From a virus (lineage: Duplodnaviria > Caudoviricetes), in IMG/VR virus record IMGVR_UViG_3300033075_001437, positions 42,867 through 106,866 of that record: 64,000 nt of DNA; one strand, written 5' to 3'. The notes beneath the pieces were generated by a model. It saw nothing but the letters and a program-made list of their open reading frames with translations. It ran no database searches and had not been told where the DNA came from. The stretch's first letter is position 1. Each line of letters begins with the position of its first letter. The position numbers and the translations under genes were made by a program. Shown one piece after another: positions 30,716 through 42,002 of this stretch.

Positions 30716-30963
30716 CGCCTGACGACAAAATCGACAAATCTATCGATATCAAACTCACAATAATCTAAACGTTCAGGATAATTTGGCCATGTATTATTGC
30801 TATTTATATAAATATAATACCCGTCTTTGCTAAATAAAACAGTACAAACATGTTTATTTTTAACATGGATAGCACAACTTGAATGAAGAGATTTAGCTGA
30901 TATGTTCGGCATCGAACTGAGAGTTTGAGCCACAATATCAGCTAAATCTATTGTTATCCCCAT
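30706..30963 (-). CDS. Small paralogous-family protein
   Basis: IDLADIVAQTL...RLDYCEFDIDRFV. Confidence 0.55.
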   Translation of the reverse strand: MGITIDLADIVAQTLSSMPNISAKSLHSSCAIHVKNKHVCTVLFSKDGYYIYINSNNTWPNYPERLDYCEFDIDRFVDFVVRRWL

Positions 30964-30975
30964 TTTATATAATCG

Positions 30976-31005
30976 TTAACGGTAAATTATAACTGTTACC
31001 GTTAA
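30976..31005. terminator. Intergenic hairpin (perfect 10-bp inverted repeat)
   Basis: ttaacggtaa (30976-30985) and ttaccgttaa (30996-31005), just downstream of 31024..31437; no clear U tract. Confidence 0.35.
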
Positions 31006-31023
31006 TGACCGCATATCCCAGTA

Positions 31024-31437
31024 TCATTTGTCAAGTTCAGCAAGTTGCTTTTCTAATTCTTCCATAGACGCCGCTGTTAATTGTTGATCCTTTTTAGCAG
31101 CAATCGCATCCAACAGCTTCTTTCGCTCTGCTGCACGAACATTGCGTGCTACAACAGCTCGATTCTCTTCTTGTTTTGTCTTAATAACATCTTTGACAAT
31201 ATCAAGAGCAACAGTCAATGCTGTTTTCAAAGGATCTGATGAAGTGTCTTCAACAAACGACTCAACATCCATGCTTTTCAATTTCTCATTGATAGCGACC
31301 GCCACAGAATTAAGATCAAACCCAGATTGATTTTTAAGTTGCAATTGAAACAATTGCTCAACAGTAAGATCGCCTCTTGTAGACGGAAACCGCAAACCAT
31401 TCTTAGCCGCAAACTTATAAATATCACTCACAACCAT
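31024..31437 (-). CDS. Conserved phage coiled-coil protein
   Basis: AAKNGLRFPSTRGDLTVEQLFQL...SFV; from recollection this type occurs paired with the upstream 660-aa gene in many phages. Confidence 0.55.
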   Translation of the reverse strand: MVVSDIYKFAAKNGLRFPSTRGDLTVEQLFQLQLKNQSGFDLNSVAVAINEKLKSMDVESFVEDTSSDPLKTALTVALDIVKDVIKTKQEENRAVVARNVRAAERKKLLDAIAAKKDQQLTAASMEELEKQLAELDK

Positions 31438-31471
31438 TCTCCTTAAAAATAAAACACGCTAAACAACATTC

Positions 31472-33454
31472 TTAAAACAATAACGTATATGGCCGCTTGC
31501 CATCAACCACAACAGTAACAGAATCTCCACGTGCCGCTGTAAACCCAACACCAGATATCTGATCATCAACCGATTGGCATTTCGTTTTAGCGCCCAATAC
31601 CTCAAAAACTTTACGATGTTTTTCGAGATCATGACGTAAAAATTCGTTGTAAACGCCACGAACTGAATTTGGATTTTTGCAGCCCTTAAGAGCAAAAATC
31701 AAGTGCTTAGCACCAACTTTATTATCACCCCAATAATTTGGACTATTCATTATAGCAGTGACGGGTATCAATGTCTCAGTCTTTACCCCCCATTTTTCCT
31801 GCGACACTGAACCGCCTATAAGCTTAGTCTTAATATTGGTTAGCATTTTATTCTTTATAACCAATTCAAAACACTCAACATCACTTGAAACTGCTTTGTT
31901 ATAACTATATTGGTGAATTTGCCCGCCAAACTCAACCTCAATTGCAAACCCAACATCAATCGTCTCACGACGATTAAACTGATTAACCCAAATAGCATAT
32001 GTGCCATCGATAAGTTTATTAAATGCTAAATTCTCTACCGGATTTCGACATTGCCCTGAACCAGCGTTCATATCAACATCAAGAATGCCAAATTTATCGC
32101 CATAATATATATGTTTAGAATCCGGCGTTTCAGCATGTAAATCTAAATCGTCGAAATTAAACCAACTTAGACTGACACGTAGTAAAGCATTGATGTTACC
32201 ACCAGCAGCTTTAACACGCTCCTTCACGCTATCAGTAACATCACCGTCATAACTCCAAGCGAAATTATTATCCCAACGAAATAATCTCTCTGGACCATCA
32301 GCTCCAGTAAGGCAAATAAAGTTAGATTGATGCTTATTCTCGACAAACACTTCCACAGACTTGGCTGTAGGAAGAACAGAAGCTACAAAATCGTCGGCTG
32401 ATAATTTTGTAGCTTTAGATAGATTAAATGGCTGACGATTTATACTATCTTCAAGCAAAGCAGCAACGCCATCCTTCATTTTACCTCTTTCATTATTATC
32501 GACAAATAAGACATCATTTACCGATACATCTGATAGTTTAGCATATCGACGAGCAATTGCACCATGTAGCCCAAGATCAGTTAATGTTTGAACCGCCGAT
32601 TCTACCATTTTTTGTGTAATAATTGCTGTTGGCCGTTTATAATTCATAGGCGCAACTTTAGATTCAAAAGACTTTACAGCAACTTCAATGTCTTTACCTT
32701 CTGCCATATCAGTCAATAAAGTACCGATAACAGTGTTGCGAAATCTGGCAGATCGGTCATTAAGATTCTCCCATATAAACAAATTCTTATTAACAGCTTG
32801 CTTAAATCTTTGCAGTAATGATACAAATCCTTGTACTGCTGGTTTATGCTCTTCACCACGATATAATCCATTTGAATTTATAAGATCAAGCACTGCTTCA
32901 AGGTCTGCTTCTTTAATTTCAGTAAGACCGCGATTGCATACTTGAAAGATAGCGTCTTGCTCGCTGCGTTTGGTTTCTGGATCAGCTGTACGATGCTTAG
33001 CTGCAACTACTCCATAGAAGTGATCGTATCGCGCATTTGTCTTTGAATCATAGTTATACTCTTGGCCAAATTTTAATTCTTTAGTGCGAAACACAGTTTT
33101 AATAGTTGCAGATTGAACTAAAGCGTCCAAAGCATCAGCGACTTGTTTATAAGGATAAGGCAAATTTAAACCGCCCCAAACAGTAATAATCTTACCGTCT
33201 TTGATGTTTACAAGATGGCCTAACCGACGAATAAATTGTTTGCAGCATTGACAATCGTGTGTAGTGCGTGTTCTAAATATAGGATTAGTATCTTCTGGAA
33301 ACGAAGCTATATATTTATCATAGATTGTGTCACTAACGTCTGTTACATATAGCTCATTTTTTGACATTTCATTAAAACGAGCATGAACTGCCGCAGAAAA
33401 TTGCGAAAAATCAGTGCACACAATAGGCTTTTGTTGAGTCGCAGCCATAATCAT
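31472..33454 (-). CDS. Conserved phage protein with YfaP/TerD-like C-terminal motifs
   Basis: HDCQCCKQFIR, YRGEEH, FRNTVIGTLL, LRVSLSWFNFDDLDLH, LDVDMNAG, PVEN; GGAG RBS. Confidence 0.55.
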   Translation of the reverse strand: MIMAATQQKPIVCTDFSQFSAAVHARFNEMSKNELYVTDVSDTIYDKYIASFPEDTNPIFRTRTTHDCQCCKQFIRRLGHLVNIKDGKIITVWGGLNLPYPYKQVADALDALVQSATIKTVFRTKELKFGQEYNYDSKTNARYDHFYGVVAAKHRTADPETKRSEQDAIFQVCNRGLTEIKEADLEAVLDLINSNGLYRGEEHKPAVQGFVSLLQRFKQAVNKNLFIWENLNDRSARFRNTVIGTLLTDMAEGKDIEVAVKSFESKVAPMNYKRPTAIITQKMVESAVQTLTDLGLHGAIARRYAKLSDVSVNDVLFVDNNERGKMKDGVAALLEDSINRQPFNLSKATKLSADDFVASVLPTAKSVEVFVENKHQSNFICLTGADGPERLFRWDNNFAWSYDGDVTDSVKERVKAAGGNINALLRVSLSWFNFDDLDLHAETPDSKHIYYGDKFGILDVDMNAGSGQCRNPVENLAFNKLIDGTYAIWVNQFNRRETIDVGFAIEVEFGGQIHQYSYNKAVSSDVECFELVIKNKMLTNIKTKLIGGSVSQEKWGVKTETLIPVTAIMNSPNYWGDNKVGAKHLIFALKGCKNPNSVRGVYNEFLRHDLEKHRKVFEVLGAKTKCQSVDDQISGVGFTAARGDSVTVVVDGKRPYTLLF

Positions 33455-33531
33455 TCTCCTTCGAATTCAGTTAATAATAGACAATTTCGTATCAATAACA
33501 AATACGTCGCACGATTTCAAAAAGTTTATCT

Positions 33532-35181
33532 TTACGACCACTTTTTAATATATCTAAAGTTGCCAGCATCCCAAATTCTTCTATAGCCATTGTTAAACAT
33601 ATTGACCGATTCAGTCTCGTTTTGGTCAAAAACATCTAAAACATTTGGCAATTTATGCTTTTGAAACTTATGCCTAGAATAAACCTTTTGTTTTTTAAAA
33701 TACATATAATTAGGACTAGTAATACCATCTAAAACAAACCCAACCTTTTCATATGAATTTCCGTTAAAGTACCTTCTATTCGCATATGAAATCATAGATT
33801 TAGGCTTATATTTATCAACAAAATAATCCATCAATTTAGATAATCCGCCAACAACAACAGTGTTTAAACGATTGCAATACCTCATCATCTCATATTGATA
33901 CTTGTTATGCTTAGATATTGTTAATAACGCCACTAGCTCACCATCATAAGACAAACCAAATGAATATGGCGCACTTCTATATCCTTGTATATGATTGTTA
34001 TTTAAAAAGCTTACTACCTGTGTAACAGATGGTGTTATAATATAGCATTTTCTAGCATAAATCCTGTTGGCTTTCCTAAAACAACTTGAAAGTATAGATT
34101 TAACAATGTCTCTTTTATCGTTCCATTCATGCTCGAAAATCTGTAACAATCTGATATTGTTGTTATGACATAAATCATGTTTATAAGAACACATGTTGAT
34201 TTGATCTAATGTTTCTTTTTCACAATATGAATGCCAATAATCACCATGACACTCTATGCCGACATTTCCTGCTAAAAAATCTATTTCCTTAACTAAAGAC
34301 CTATCATACAATTTAATTTCATCATCAGCTATAGTTAAAAGAAAATCATAAACAGATTTTTCAAATAAATTCATTTTACATTTTTTACATTTAGCCCCAA
34401 CTATGTGAGATTTTGGGCAAACTGTAAAAACGCCATGTTCTGGACAAATAACATCAACCGTATGCTCGCATCCAGTGTATGATTCTTTAATATAAGAATA
34501 CTTACCACCATATATTTCATTTGCTTTTAAAACAAAATTGTCAAACTTATAAGCACTTTCCGCCGCACATTTTGAACATCCTTTACCAGCTAAATGCGCA
34601 TATCTAGATTGTATAAATTCGCCGTGTTTGTCGCATATTACTTTAACAATCGTTTTTTTGTGATTTATCGAATTACTATACCCACCAATGTCAACATATT
34701 GATATTTATTATCGTGTATAGTATTAGCTTGTTTTACGAAATCGTCAAAACCTGTTTTTAAATTATTGTTTCTAGCAATTACAGCACATTTTGGGCAGCC
34801 AGACTTATTAGAGATATGATTAGCTGGTATCGTGTTAAATTCACCATGCTCTTTGCATATAACGATCACTTTTTTACGCATACCATTATATATTGTCTTG
34901 TCATAATTATATTTATAACTATGCACGATATTAGCTTCGTTTATAAAATCAGATAGTGTTTTTAACTGTTCCCTCGACCTGCAAGCATTCTTTTCACAAC
35001 CGCATTTATTGCAACCTTGTTTTCTTACGCCTGCGTGTAATGATGGCAATTGCCAAAACGAACCATGTTTTAGGCAAATTATTTCTACTTTTGTTTTACT
35101 ATCTATATAATTCGACTTGCTATAGTCATATTTATCGTTATGTTTTAATATTGCTTTCTTTATAAACTCTTGTGTGTTCAT
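33532..35181 (-). mobile_element. Free-standing homing endonuclease, Hef-like (Zn repeats + Vsr-like nuclease + GNAT-like C-domain)
   Basis: Four F..A..H..KY.Y...IC..HG.F...H...GC..C repeats; EIDF...IECHGDYWHS; YARKC, NHIQG, GGLSK, SYANRR, IWDAG. Confidence 0.75.
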
Positions 35182-35674
35182 AGTCTTTTATTTCTATTAT
35201 TTCGTCATGTTCTGTTAAATCACAAACTTGAACATATCCTCTTGGTGTCAACACTCGATGTTCTTCTGTCAGATACAGTTGTTGTCCATTTTCTAAAGTT
35301 ATTTCTATCAGTTCTTTTTCGCCTGAACAAATAACATTATATTCTGATGTGTAATCTATTTTGTTATCATTGTTTAGATATTGGATTTTATGCTTATTAG
35401 GATCTAAATGTTGTATTTCAATATAACCATTATCTGTCATTATCTTTGAATCGAACCGACAGCATTTAGCAGTATTTGTATCGAATTGAAATATACCATC
35501 TGTCTTTTGTTGATTCGCTAGATTTAATGCGTGTTTGTCATTTAACGATATGTAATGCTTATTTCCGTCATTATCAATAAAATAACCTGCTCTATCTAAT
35601 TCTGGGTCTATATCGTCCCATCCTGATATGTCATTTATTTCTTCTATGCTTTCAATATCTTCGAAGTTTATCAT
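35138..35674 (-). CDS. dnaE: DNA polymerase III alpha piece 4: 70-aa extein plus split-intein N-half
   Basis: ISLND...KTDGIFQFDTNTAK (equivalent to DnaE TxGVFQLES), then CCRFDSKIMTDNG...ITLENGQQLYLTEEHRVLT. Confidence 0.9.
   Translation of the reverse strand: MINFEDIESIEEINDISGWDDIDPELDRAGYFIDNDGNKHYISLNDKHALNLANQQKTDGIFQFDTNTAKCCRFDSKIMTDNGYIEIQHLDPNKHKIQYLNNDNKIDYTSEYNVICSGEKELIEITLENGQQLYLTEEHRVLTPRGYVQVCDLTEHDEIIEIKDYEHTRVYKESNIKT
35141..35464 (-). mobile_element. Split intein N-half (pair B), 108 aa
   Basis: Cys1 at 35462-35464, block B TEEH, no C-terminal splicing block. Confidence 0.9.
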
Positions 35675-35808
35675 TGTTTTATAATACGTTTTAAAATTTA
35701 GTATATAACATTGTTGTTACGTATAATGGCAGATGTTTTTGCTGTTTCCTATCTCGGTATACGTTTAATAAAAAGATGAAGATTAACAGCGACAGTCTTT
35801 TTAACAAC

Positions 35809-35843
35809 ACAGGGAGCTACAAAATCAAATTGTAGTTCCCTGT
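35809..35843. terminator. Intergenic stem-loop
   Basis: acagggagctacaa / ttgtagttccctgt, 14-bp stem with one G-T pair, downstream of 35860..37182. Confidence 0.5.
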
Positions 35844-35859
35844 TTATTTTCAATACTTA

Positions 35860-37182
35860 TTATTTCTTATTCTCAGGCCGTGTAATAGTAGGGACAGGAA
35901 CTTGAAGCAAAAAATCAGGCGAGCTATTCCCATTGCCACCCATATAATAACTTGGAAAATGGCCATCCCATGTTTTAAGTTTATCTTTCTCCAACTCTAA
36001 TCGTTTGAGAAATGTATAAAGCTCAACATCTAATTTAGCTTTTTCAAGTTCATAAGCTTTAGCGTCGGCTACAAGCTTAATCATTTCAGCTTCTGTCTCT
36101 TTCTCCAGCTTAATAGCTTGAGCTTTGCCATCAGCTTCAAGTCTAACTTTCTTATTAACTTCTTCTTGTGCAGCAGTTTCTGCCCTAGCGATTGCTACTT
36201 TCTGATCTGCATTAAAAACTTCAACTAATTTATCCATGATTGTCTTATCTTTATATACAAACCCTCCAGAAATACCTAGATTTGTGATAGTTATGCCACG
36301 GCCTTCAAAAAATTCTGTAACTTCATCAACAACTTTCTTCAAGTGTGGTGTAGCCGCAGTTCTTAATTTCTCCATTTTTTGATCAGTCACTTCTAAACCA
36401 AACGTAGTCTGAATTTTAGCTCTGATTTCAGTATCCATAGCCATCTTTAAAGAACCAGCCGGATAATTATGTAAAAATTTGACAGCAGCGTCTCTATTAG
36501 CAATGCGAGCAGTGCATGTCCAACCAGTTGAAAACTCAACTTGGTCAGCAGTCATAACCCAAATAGCCTCATTTTTATTACTAGTTCCAGAATTCTCATC
36601 AGCTGTCCATTCGCGAGTTACAGGTGATGTGTCAACACGTATAAGCAAAGCAGCATCGCGCCATTCTCCGCGCCAAAACACAGTTTCATAATCAAGCGGA
36701 ACCCATTGTTGCGGGATTTTAACTTGCTGAGTATAGACAAGATTGGCTTTAAGGTATTCCTCAGAATTAGTTGAAGACTGATCTAAAGGATTAGCACCAG
36801 CCTTTAATGGCAATAAAAAAGCTTCCTCTGTGTTGCTGATAATCTCCAATTTAACAGGTTCAAAAGGTTTATAACACCCACTCCCAAATAGTATAAATAA
36901 CACTGGAGTAAACCTACATGATTTAACGCATAAATTGAAAAAACTCTTTATACTGTCAAAAAACAAAACAAAACCTAAAACAATCACACAACTAGGAACG
37001 GCCCATCTAGTTAAATCTATCATTTGTTTGTCATGCTGAATAGAACTATCGCCGCTAGGATTATCTAACTGATGCACTTGGGTCTTCAATTGTTGCTCTA
37101 CTATAACATCATCAGCCCATTTAACATATGTCATAGATGCGATAATAACCAACATAAATACAACTACTCTAATCGCGAACAT
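35860..37182 (-). CDS. Membrane-anchored SPFH/band-7-like protein
   Basis: Two hydrophobic segments plus lipobox-like LFGSGC; GITITNLG; Ala/Glu-rich coiled coil; WDGHFP end; GGAG RBS. Confidence 0.5.
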   Translation of the reverse strand: MFAIRVVVFMLVIIASMTYVKWADDVIVEQQLKTQVHQLDNPSGDSSIQHDKQMIDLTRWAVPSCVIVLGFVLFFDSIKSFFNLCVKSCRFTPVLFILFGSGCYKPFEPVKLEIISNTEEAFLLPLKAGANPLDQSSTNSEEYLKANLVYTQQVKIPQQWVPLDYETVFWRGEWRDAALLIRVDTSPVTREWTADENSGTSNKNEAIWVMTADQVEFSTGWTCTARIANRDAAVKFLHNYPAGSLKMAMDTEIRAKIQTTFGLEVTDQKMEKLRTAATPHLKKVVDEVTEFFEGRGITITNLGISGGFVYKDKTIMDKLVEVFNADQKVAIARAETAAQEEVNKKVRLEADGKAQAIKLEKETEAEMIKLVADAKAYELEKAKLDVELYTFLKRLELEKDKLKTWDGHFPSYYMGGNGNSSPDFLLQVPVPTITRPENKK

Positions 37183-37229
37183 AAAACTCTCCTAGGTTAA
37201 ACATACAAAAGATTTAAAATACAATAAGC

Positions 37230-38489
37230 TTACAAATCGAAACTATTTTTGTATCCTTCACGAAAATGGCTAACAGAGAAAATAATCGGTTCTGCTTCAG
37301 GCCATCTTTTGCCAAGAACATCACACGCATAATAATAGGCCCACTGAGGGCTTCGTAGAAGCACAGGTTCACCTTCAGGCCATCTTTTGCCAAGAACATC
37401 ACACGCATAAAGATAAGTATATTCAGGACTAGTTAATATTTTAGGCTCCGCCGCTGGCCAACCATTTTTAACTTCGGAAGGTTTAAAAGTATATTTAATA
37501 TAATTAAGTATAGCCTTATTATCCTGCAAAATAACACTCTCGCCTCTAGGCCATCTGTGGTGTAAACAATATTGTGCATACATAGAAGCCCAAGATGGTT
37601 TCTTCAACATAATATGCTCAGCTTCACGCCATCTCCCTCTAACAACATCAACAGCATACTTAAAAGCAGTATGATCGTCTTGTAAAATAAACGGTTCAGC
37701 TTCTGGCCAACGATCCTTTATAAATTTTTTAGCATAATGATACAAATCGATAGGATTAGAATCTAAACCCGGTTTAGGAACTAAATCTATGATCGTTTTA
37801 TTATCAATAGCACGATCATTTACATCCATAACTTGGTCATAATCTGGCGTAAATTGCACAAATGGTTTACCATCTTTATAAATAACACCGATCCAACCAT
37901 ATTGTTCGATGTAATATTCTGCTTGACAGTCTGGATAGCTCCTCCTGGTACACCACTTAGTCCCCTCACCGATATCCTTAAGAGACTCAACATCTGTTAC
38001 CTTATAAGTCTTATAATTGTTAACAGTATCTTGTACAAATCCGTCCCAACTCCATTCTGCGTTAGCATCCCAATTTGGATCTAAATAATTGTTTACAACA
38101 TTATTATTTGTATCAGTTTGATTAATCAGCTCTACGCCAGGCAATTTAGATGGATTTAAATTATTCCCACCCTGCCTCTTGCTAATGCTCCCAACAACTG
38201 GTTCTAAAACTGTTTCAAGTTCATGCAATGAATTGTACTTTAATATGTCTTTTATTGCTAGGTTGCGTTGATATTTCTGAAAATTATTCAGTGTTTCTTT
38301 TATTCTATAATTGTCTTCTGGAAGTCTAATATCATTTTTATTTAACAATTTTAATATAAATAGTTTGTATTTTCTTCCTGTTGGGTCTGCATCGGTTAAT
38401 AATTTATTTAACTCATCTATTGATATATTGAGTTTTTCTGCTGTTTGTTGTAGTATCTGGTTATTTTCTGTTATTAATGTTAATTTCAT
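37230..38489 (-). CDS. MKL..E / GTKWCT / RWPEAE-repeat protein, paralog 1
   Basis: N-terminal half highly similar to 56058..57386; about 25-aa YA..V...RWPEAEP.I repeats. Confidence 0.7.
   Translation of the reverse strand: MKLTLITENNQILQQTAEKLNISIDELNKLLTDADPTGRKYKLFILKLLNKNDIRLPEDNYRIKETLNNFQKYQRNLAIKDILKYNSLHELETVLEPVVGSISKRQGGNNLNPSKLPGVELINQTDTNNNVVNNYLDPNWDANAEWSWDGFVQDTVNNYKTYKVTDVESLKDIGEGTKWCTRRSYPDCQAEYYIEQYGWIGVIYKDGKPFVQFTPDYDQVMDVNDRAIDNKTIIDLVPKPGLDSNPIDLYHYAKKFIKDRWPEAEPFILQDDHTAFKYAVDVVRGRWREAEHIMLKKPSWASMYAQYCLHHRWPRGESVILQDNKAILNYIKYTFKPSEVKNGWPAAEPKILTSPEYTYLYACDVLGKRWPEGEPVLLRSPQWAYYYACDVLGKRWPEAEPIIFSVSHFREGYKNSFDL
37297..37409. repeat. Intragenic direct repeat, 75-nt period
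   Basis: ttcaggccatcttttgccaagaacatcacacgcataa occurs twice and encodes YACDVLGKRWPE. Confidence 0.8.
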
Positions 38490-38492
38490 GTT

Positions 38493-38765
38493 TTATATTT
38501 TACTGCCACTATAAAGTATCCTGCATATTATGTTGCCGACAAAAACGTCAGTATCTACAAATTCATCATAATTAGTAACTATAGGTATACAATCGCCTAT
38601 AAAGCTCTTAATCTTATCATTATGGAAAATAATATCTGCATATATGCCGCCATCTATAGTTATAAATCTACGACCACGTATGAAGGTTATATTGTTTATA
38701 TTGTCAAGTCTGTTAGCAATAATATCTATCAAATCATCGATCATAAAGCACAAAATAAAGCACAA
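38493..38765 (-). CDS. Small paralogous-family protein
   Basis: MIDDLIDIIANRL...VTNYDEFVDTD. Confidence 0.55.
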   Translation of the reverse strand: MCFILCFMIDDLIDIIANRLDNINNITFIRGRRFITIDGGIYADIIFHNDKIKSFIGDCIPIVTNYDEFVDTDVFVGNIICRILYSGSKI

Positions 38766-39001
38766 AATAAATCATCTTTTAATTCGTGATTGGCCCTTGA
38801 TATGGTTCGTTCGACAAATTTTCAGCAAACTCCTCAGCAGCGTCACGACTGTCGAACCACCGACACCATCCAGTTTTGGTATTGGTGGTTAACGAATGAC
38901 GAACAATCCAGTCAGAACCTGATCCATATACAATAACTTCAGATACCCCACAAAAAACCGTTGTATAATCATAACGATAAACATATATCATATTAATTGC
39001 C

Positions 39002-39520
39002 CTATTTTGAATTTTCAAACATTTGTTTTTTGAAATCTTCAAGTTCCTTGTTTGATAGCGGACAATTTGGGCAAACCGCAACGTCCTTTGATGGTTTATC
39101 GCTAATGAATTTTGCCCCACAACCCAAGCATTGGATACGAATGCCAGCAGCTTTCTCTAACCTTTCAAGCCTAGATAATATATCAAAAACTGGCTCGCCA
39201 TAACTGCCAATTCCAATTTGTTCTGCTTCTATTAAATATGCTGGTATTTTACCATCTTTGAAATCATTTAAAAACCAACATAAATCGTGTAAAAAACCTG
39301 TACTTATTGAAGATAGAATAATATTATAGTTTTCATCTCGTATTTTGCCACAATCGCCATCATATACTCCACTTATTTCGTTTTCTGGAATATTTTTAAA
39401 TCGAATAAAAAACTGGCGATAACACGGCATAAGACCACTGAGACTGCTATTGGTGTTTTTGACGTTTGTGGTTTCTATATTCATTCGTTTAACATACCGA
39501 TTCTGATTTTCATATGTCAA
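39002..39520 (-). CDS. Hypothetical protein with zinc ribbon
   Basis: CLGCG...CPNC. Confidence 0.5.
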   Translation of the reverse strand: MTYENQNRYVKRMNIETTNVKNTNSSLSGLMPCYRQFFIRFKNIPENEISGVYDGDCGKIRDENYNIILSSISTGFLHDLCWFLNDFKDGKIPAYLIEAEQIGIGSYGEPVFDILSRLERLEKAAGIRIQCLGCGAKFISDKPSKDVAVCPNCPLSNKELEDFKKQMFENSK

Positions 39521-39570
39521 ATCCTTGGAAAACCTTACACTCTCAAAACTAAGAATTTAGTGGCTCCAAT

Positions 39571-40122
39571 TCATTGCCCTATCTTTTTCAAAACTTCCTT
39601 AGGTTTTACCACTTCTCTTAGTGTATATTGCCGAGCATAATAAGGAATCTGGGAAGCTATAATCCGAGAATACTCAGATCGAGAAACTGAATAAATCCAT
39701 TCTTTATCTGAAAGAGCATTCGCTTCTTCAATCTCTTGGCGAAAACGCTGCACAAAACCATGAGATTCATAACCACGATGAATACGATCTAGGTTCTCAG
39801 GATCATTCTTATAAATTTCAACCACCCAGGCGGGACACTTATGCGAGCGAATTAAGTGTGTACCAAGTAGAACATTCTCCCCTAAAATTGTAATAGATTT
39901 TCTGGCTTCATCATGTTCTTCACTGGTAAAATCTCCGGCTTCTAATTGCCACTGTTCTTTTGGGATTCTTTCATTAGCAAAGGGTATCAAAACTCTTTCC
40001 TGAGAGAATAATGGTATCACTAATAAGTTAAAAAGCATAATAAAAAAGAGATAAAACTGTATGTTACAACGATTCATTCGCATTAACTTTCTCCCTACAG
40101 TGCAATTCATTAAAAATATCAA
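39571..40122 (-). CDS. Hypothetical protein with signal-peptide-like N-terminus
   Basis: Hydrophobic FYLFFIMLFNLLVIPLFSQ stretch. Confidence 0.45.
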   Translation of the reverse strand: MIFLMNCTVGRKLMRMNRCNIQFYLFFIMLFNLLVIPLFSQERVLIPFANERIPKEQWQLEAGDFTSEEHDEARKSITILGENVLLGTHLIRSHKCPAWVVEIYKNDPENLDRIHRGYESHGFVQRFRQEIEEANALSDKEWIYSVSRSEYSRIIASQIPYYARQYTLREVVKPKEVLKKIGQ

Positions 40123-41966
40123 TTAGACTTGTATACAAATCTAAAATTACCACAATCAAACAATAACCTAAAACCATTTAACAACATTATTTCTCTTTCA
40201 GACAAATCTTTATCGTAAAACAATATAGATTTTTTATCAAAAAGGCTTTTTAATTTATGCTTTTGAAATGTTTGCCTTGAATAAATCTTATTATTCTTAA
40301 CATAACAATACCCTGGTCTAGTCACACCATCAAATTTCATACCAAGTTTGTTATAAACACCGCCAGTCGCATACCTAGCATCGGCATATGTTATAACCTC
40401 ATTCGGCTTAATCTTATTAATAAATTCTTTAAACATTTTAGACGCACCACCAACTATATTATAGCCAATTTTGGTTGCTAATCTGTCAATTTTAAACTTA
40501 CCATTTCTACCTATAAACGACATAACTGAAAATACATCATGTCCATCAGTTAAAGCGACACCAAAATTGCACGAACCAGATCCTTTTAAATGGTTCTCAC
40601 TTAAAAATTTCCTGATAACTTTAGAGTCTGCAGTAATGACCTTCAATTTCCTAGCATAAATCGTTTCACTTAACATTAAAGCATTTTTGATCATACTTTT
40701 GACAATTTCGAATTTATTTTTAATTTCATAATCTGTAAACTGAAACAGTCTTAAATTATTATTCTCGCATAATTTAAGCTTATTAATATGTCTATTAGAA
40801 TCAATATCTGATAAATTATCGTATGAATGCCAATATAAGCCATTTACCTCTATACCAATTTTATGTTTATCGATATATGTGTCTATCTCATATGGGTTAA
40901 TAATGCTCCTGTCGTTTACAATATAATCTATATTTAATTGGTCTAACAAATTATTTATAGCAACATGAGCATTTGAAACATTGCATGATTTGCAACCGTG
41001 GCCTAAAAAATGATATCTTGGTATCTGATAGAATTCACCATGCGATGGGCAGATTATTTTAACTTTAGTTTCAACATTTTCATAATCTACAAACGAATAA
41101 TCGTATTTATCGCCGTGAATAGTTTTAGATTTTAGTATAAATTCTTCAAAGCTCAACTTATAATTATCTTTATATCTATCTATGGCACACTCCTTACATG
41201 CTTTTCCTTTTGAAATGTTGCACCACCTACCTGATTTCAAACCATGTTTCTTACATTCATATGTTAACACACCTTTTTCATACTTTAAATATTTAAAACT
41301 ATCGCCAAACAATATTTCAAATTGTTTTTTTCTAGAGATTTCTTCTACATTTCTTCTATCGTTTAATGTGCGTTCTTTAATTATAGGTTTAAATTTTTCA
41401 TTTTTACAACCTTGACATCCAACAAGGCCGCGTAGATGCCTGCGAAAATGAACAGAAAATTTACCATGTTTTGAACAAACAACATCAATATTACTATCCC
41501 TATTGTTGTAGACGGCATTGCTATAATTATAATTTGGATACATGTTATTTAAAGTTGATTGAAAATGCTCTGGTATTTTACCACCATTACATATAGGACA
41601 TTGCCATTTATTTAATATAAGATTAGCTGTAGATACAAATTTGCCATGTTTAGAACATACAAAAGTAAATTTAAGATTCTCAAGAAAGCTTTTTGGTTCA
41701 ATTAAATCATGTTCTGGATACAGCCGTTTAAATTCTTTTTTAAAACTATCAAATTTATTAGCCATATCAACTTTAATAGTTTGGATACTACATAGTTTAC
41801 ATTCGCTTTTATTCTTAACATGAGATTGTGGCGTTTGCCAAAACGAACCATGTTTTGGACAAATTATTTCTACTTTTGAACAATTGTTAACATATGTGAC
41901 TTTAGAATAATCATATTTATCGCCATGTATTAGCTTGGCATTTACTATAAATTGCTCTGTATTCAT
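40119..41966 (-). mobile_element. Free-standing homing endonuclease, Hef-like (paralog of 33532..35181)
   Basis: HGDKYDYS...ICPKHG.F.Q repeats; YEIDTY...IEVNGLYWHS; YARK, NHLKG, GGASK, TYADARY, FDCG. Confidence 0.75.
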
Positions 41967-42002
41967 ACACTTATTTTTGCACTTATAATCGATATTTCGG
42001 GT

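Noticed and set aside
37297-37409. Direct repeat and the paralog pair as a DGR template/variable region or CRISPR array
   Set aside because: Only two in-frame copies encoding a protein repeat; differences are not adenine-restricted; no reverse transcriptase or cas gene in the window.
38743-38771. 12-nt tandem repeat ataaagcacaaa
   Set aside because: Only about two copies in AT-rich sequence at a gene start; a local slippage duplication is sufficient explanation.
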